DNA of 64,000 nucleotides from Parcubacteria group bacterium Greene0714_7 (GTDB lineage Bacteria; Patescibacteriota; Minisyncoccia; Phycocordibacterales; Phycocordibacteraceae): NCBI GenBank assembly GCA_007378985.1, contig VMHB01000001.1, positions 252 to 64,251 of the forward strand, read 5' to 3'. Shown piece by piece: positions 62,976 to 64,000 of this stretch (position 1 is its first letter; each line of letters starts with the position of its first letter). The notes under the pieces were generated by a model. It saw only the letters and a program-made list of their open reading frames with translations, ran no database searches and was not told where the DNA came from. The position numbers and the translations under genes were made by a program.

Positions 62976-64000
62976 TTACTCTCCAAGCTTTAAATTCCCA
63001 AGCGCCGACAAATTGCTTGCGGTACGTGTTCCCGATAGGTGACGGAGATAGCCAGCTACACCAATCATGATGGCGTTATCACCAGTGAGTGTTGCATCAG
63101 GAAATAAAAGTTGAATGTTTGAAAACTCTTCATCTACTAATGCGGTAAGTGCGCGTTTAATTTCAGTATTTGCAGAAACACCGCCACCGACCGCTAGGAT
63201 TTTTGGCTCAGTTGCTTCAAGTGCTCGTTTGGTTTTTATTATCACGACATCGCGTGCTGCGTCTTCAAATGCTTCTGCTATTTGTTCTTTGACTTTCTCG
63301 TCAATTTTATCCATGTCACGAAGTTTATAGAGCACTGCGGTTTTTAAACCTGAGAAAGAAAAGTCGCATGTATCGTCCTTCGCCATTGGCCTTGGAAATG
63401 AGATTTCATTTTTTTCACCCCGCGCCCGTGACCTTGAAGCAACTTCAGCAATCTGAGGCCCTCCTGGATAGGGAAGGTCAAGGAGTCGTGCAACTTTATC
63501 GAATGCTTCACCGATGGCGTCGTCTCTCGTTGCTCCAATGTGTTCGTAGACAAAAGGCTCTTTCATTACTACAAACTCTGTGTGCCCACCTGAAATGAGG
63601 AATGCAAGGATAGGGAAGTGCATGGCGTTTAGGGTATAGCGTTTAGGGTTGAGAGGAACTTCGGATTGTTCTGTTGATTGCTGACTATCTACTTCCTGCT
63701 TCAGCAAAGCAGAGAAAATATGCCCCTCCATATGGTCGATCCCAATGACGGGGATATTCCAAGCTCGTCCCAAGCTTTCAGCAAAATTAATACCTGTCCA
63801 GAGTGCTGGCTCAAGGCCAGGGCCTTTTGTTACCGCAATAAATTCAATGTCAGGGTGCTCGGTAGTGTTAAGAAATTCTTCAATATCATTTTTGAATGCT
63901 TCGTTACGAATATTTTTTAAGACATCTTTGTGCACGGCGTCAGTTTTCTCTACTGCTTTGAGCATGCCAGCTTCTCGGAGTGCCTCTTTTGCAAGTGGTG
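62976..64000 (-). CDS. tsaD: tRNA N6-adenosine threonylcarbamoyltransferase TsaD. The N-terminus lies beyond the window end.
   Basis: ..AVTKGPGLEPAL, GIDHMEGH and SGGHTE motifs. The ORF stays open upstream of the annotated M through position 64000. Confidence 0.85.
   Translation of the reverse strand, partial: PLAKEALREAGMLKAVEKTDAVHKDVLKNIRNEAFKNDIEEFLNTTEHPDIEFIAVTKGPGLEPALWTGINFAESLGRAWNIPVIGIDHMEGHIFSALLKQEVDSQQSTEQSEVPLNPKRYTLNAMHFPILAFLISGGHTEFVVMKEPFVYEHIGATRDDAIGEAFDKVARLLDLPYPGGPQIAEVASRSRARGEKNEISFPRPMAKDDTCDFSFSGLKTAVLYKLRDMDKIDEKVKEQIAEAFEDAARDVVIIKTKRALEATEPKILAVGGGVSANTEIKRALTALVDEEFSNIQLLFPDATLTGDNAIMIGVAGYLRHLSGTRTASNLSALGNLKLGE
63624..63655. repeat. Family 1 repeat copy R8 (GCGTTTAGGGTATAGCGTTTAGGGTTGAGAGG), embedded in frame in tsaD
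   Basis: Encodes PLNPKRYTLNA on the tsaD strand, between the conserved HMEGH and FP.LAFLISGGHT blocks. Confidence 0.7.

Overview
This 64 kb window looks like a gene-dense chromosomal segment from a small-genome bacterium. Many small membrane-anchored hypothetical proteins, type IV pilin-like proteins, weak ribosome-binding sites and two archaeal-type enzymes (PurO IMP cyclohydrolase, cupin-type phosphoglucose isomerase) suggest a Patescibacteria/CPR-like lineage; this is inference only. All product calls come from reading motifs in the supplied ORF translations, not from database searches.

Recognisable content, in order along the window:
- a type IV pilin-like cluster, then a GIY-YIG nuclease and a PIF1 helicase;
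- a GH18 hydrolase;
- a partial de novo purine cluster (PurS-PurL fusion, a translationally coupled SAM methyltransferase, purQ, purE, an ArsR regulator, purM, purC) with an archaeal-type PurO further downstream;
- typA;
- a Trx-like/DsbB pair with a distant VKOR;
- a DEAD-box helicase and RNase J, both with N-terminal Arg/Gly/Pro-rich low-complexity extensions;
- an ABC exporter/kinase/PurO/metallopeptidase operon;
- an msrB/half-MFS/msrA operon;
- bcp and two HhH-GPD glycosylases that lack the usual Fe-S cysteines;
- RNase J, an OppA-like binding protein, secG, groES-groEL, lemA-htpX;
- tRNA-Ser, VKOR, an L,D-transpeptidase/DD-carboxypeptidase fusion, rnpB, a Wzy-like/TPR protein, murJ, lepA;
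- tRNA-Gly, tRNA-Arg and tRNA-Phe, a glutaredoxin, cupin PGI, hsp20, prsW, valS and the 3' part of tsaD.

The most unusual signals are non-genic:
1. A dispersed family of short intergenic repeats built from degenerate telomere-like heptamers (TTAGCCA / TAGGGTW / TAGCGTT). Copies sit at the ends of groES, lepA and valS and supply their stop codons. They occur as inverted pairs flanking small gene modules. One copy is inserted in frame inside tsaD.
2. A second family, a roughly 50 bp near-perfect palindrome, present in two copies.
3. A tRNA-Ser locus followed by two structured repeat units built from inverted copies of the tRNA-Ser 3' end.
4. Two paralogous small Gly-rich peptide genes that share a conserved leader motif.
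5. A truncated duplicate of the lepA 5' end that forms an upstream ORF overlapping the lepA start.

I found no CRISPR array, no rRNA and no obvious transposase or integrase.
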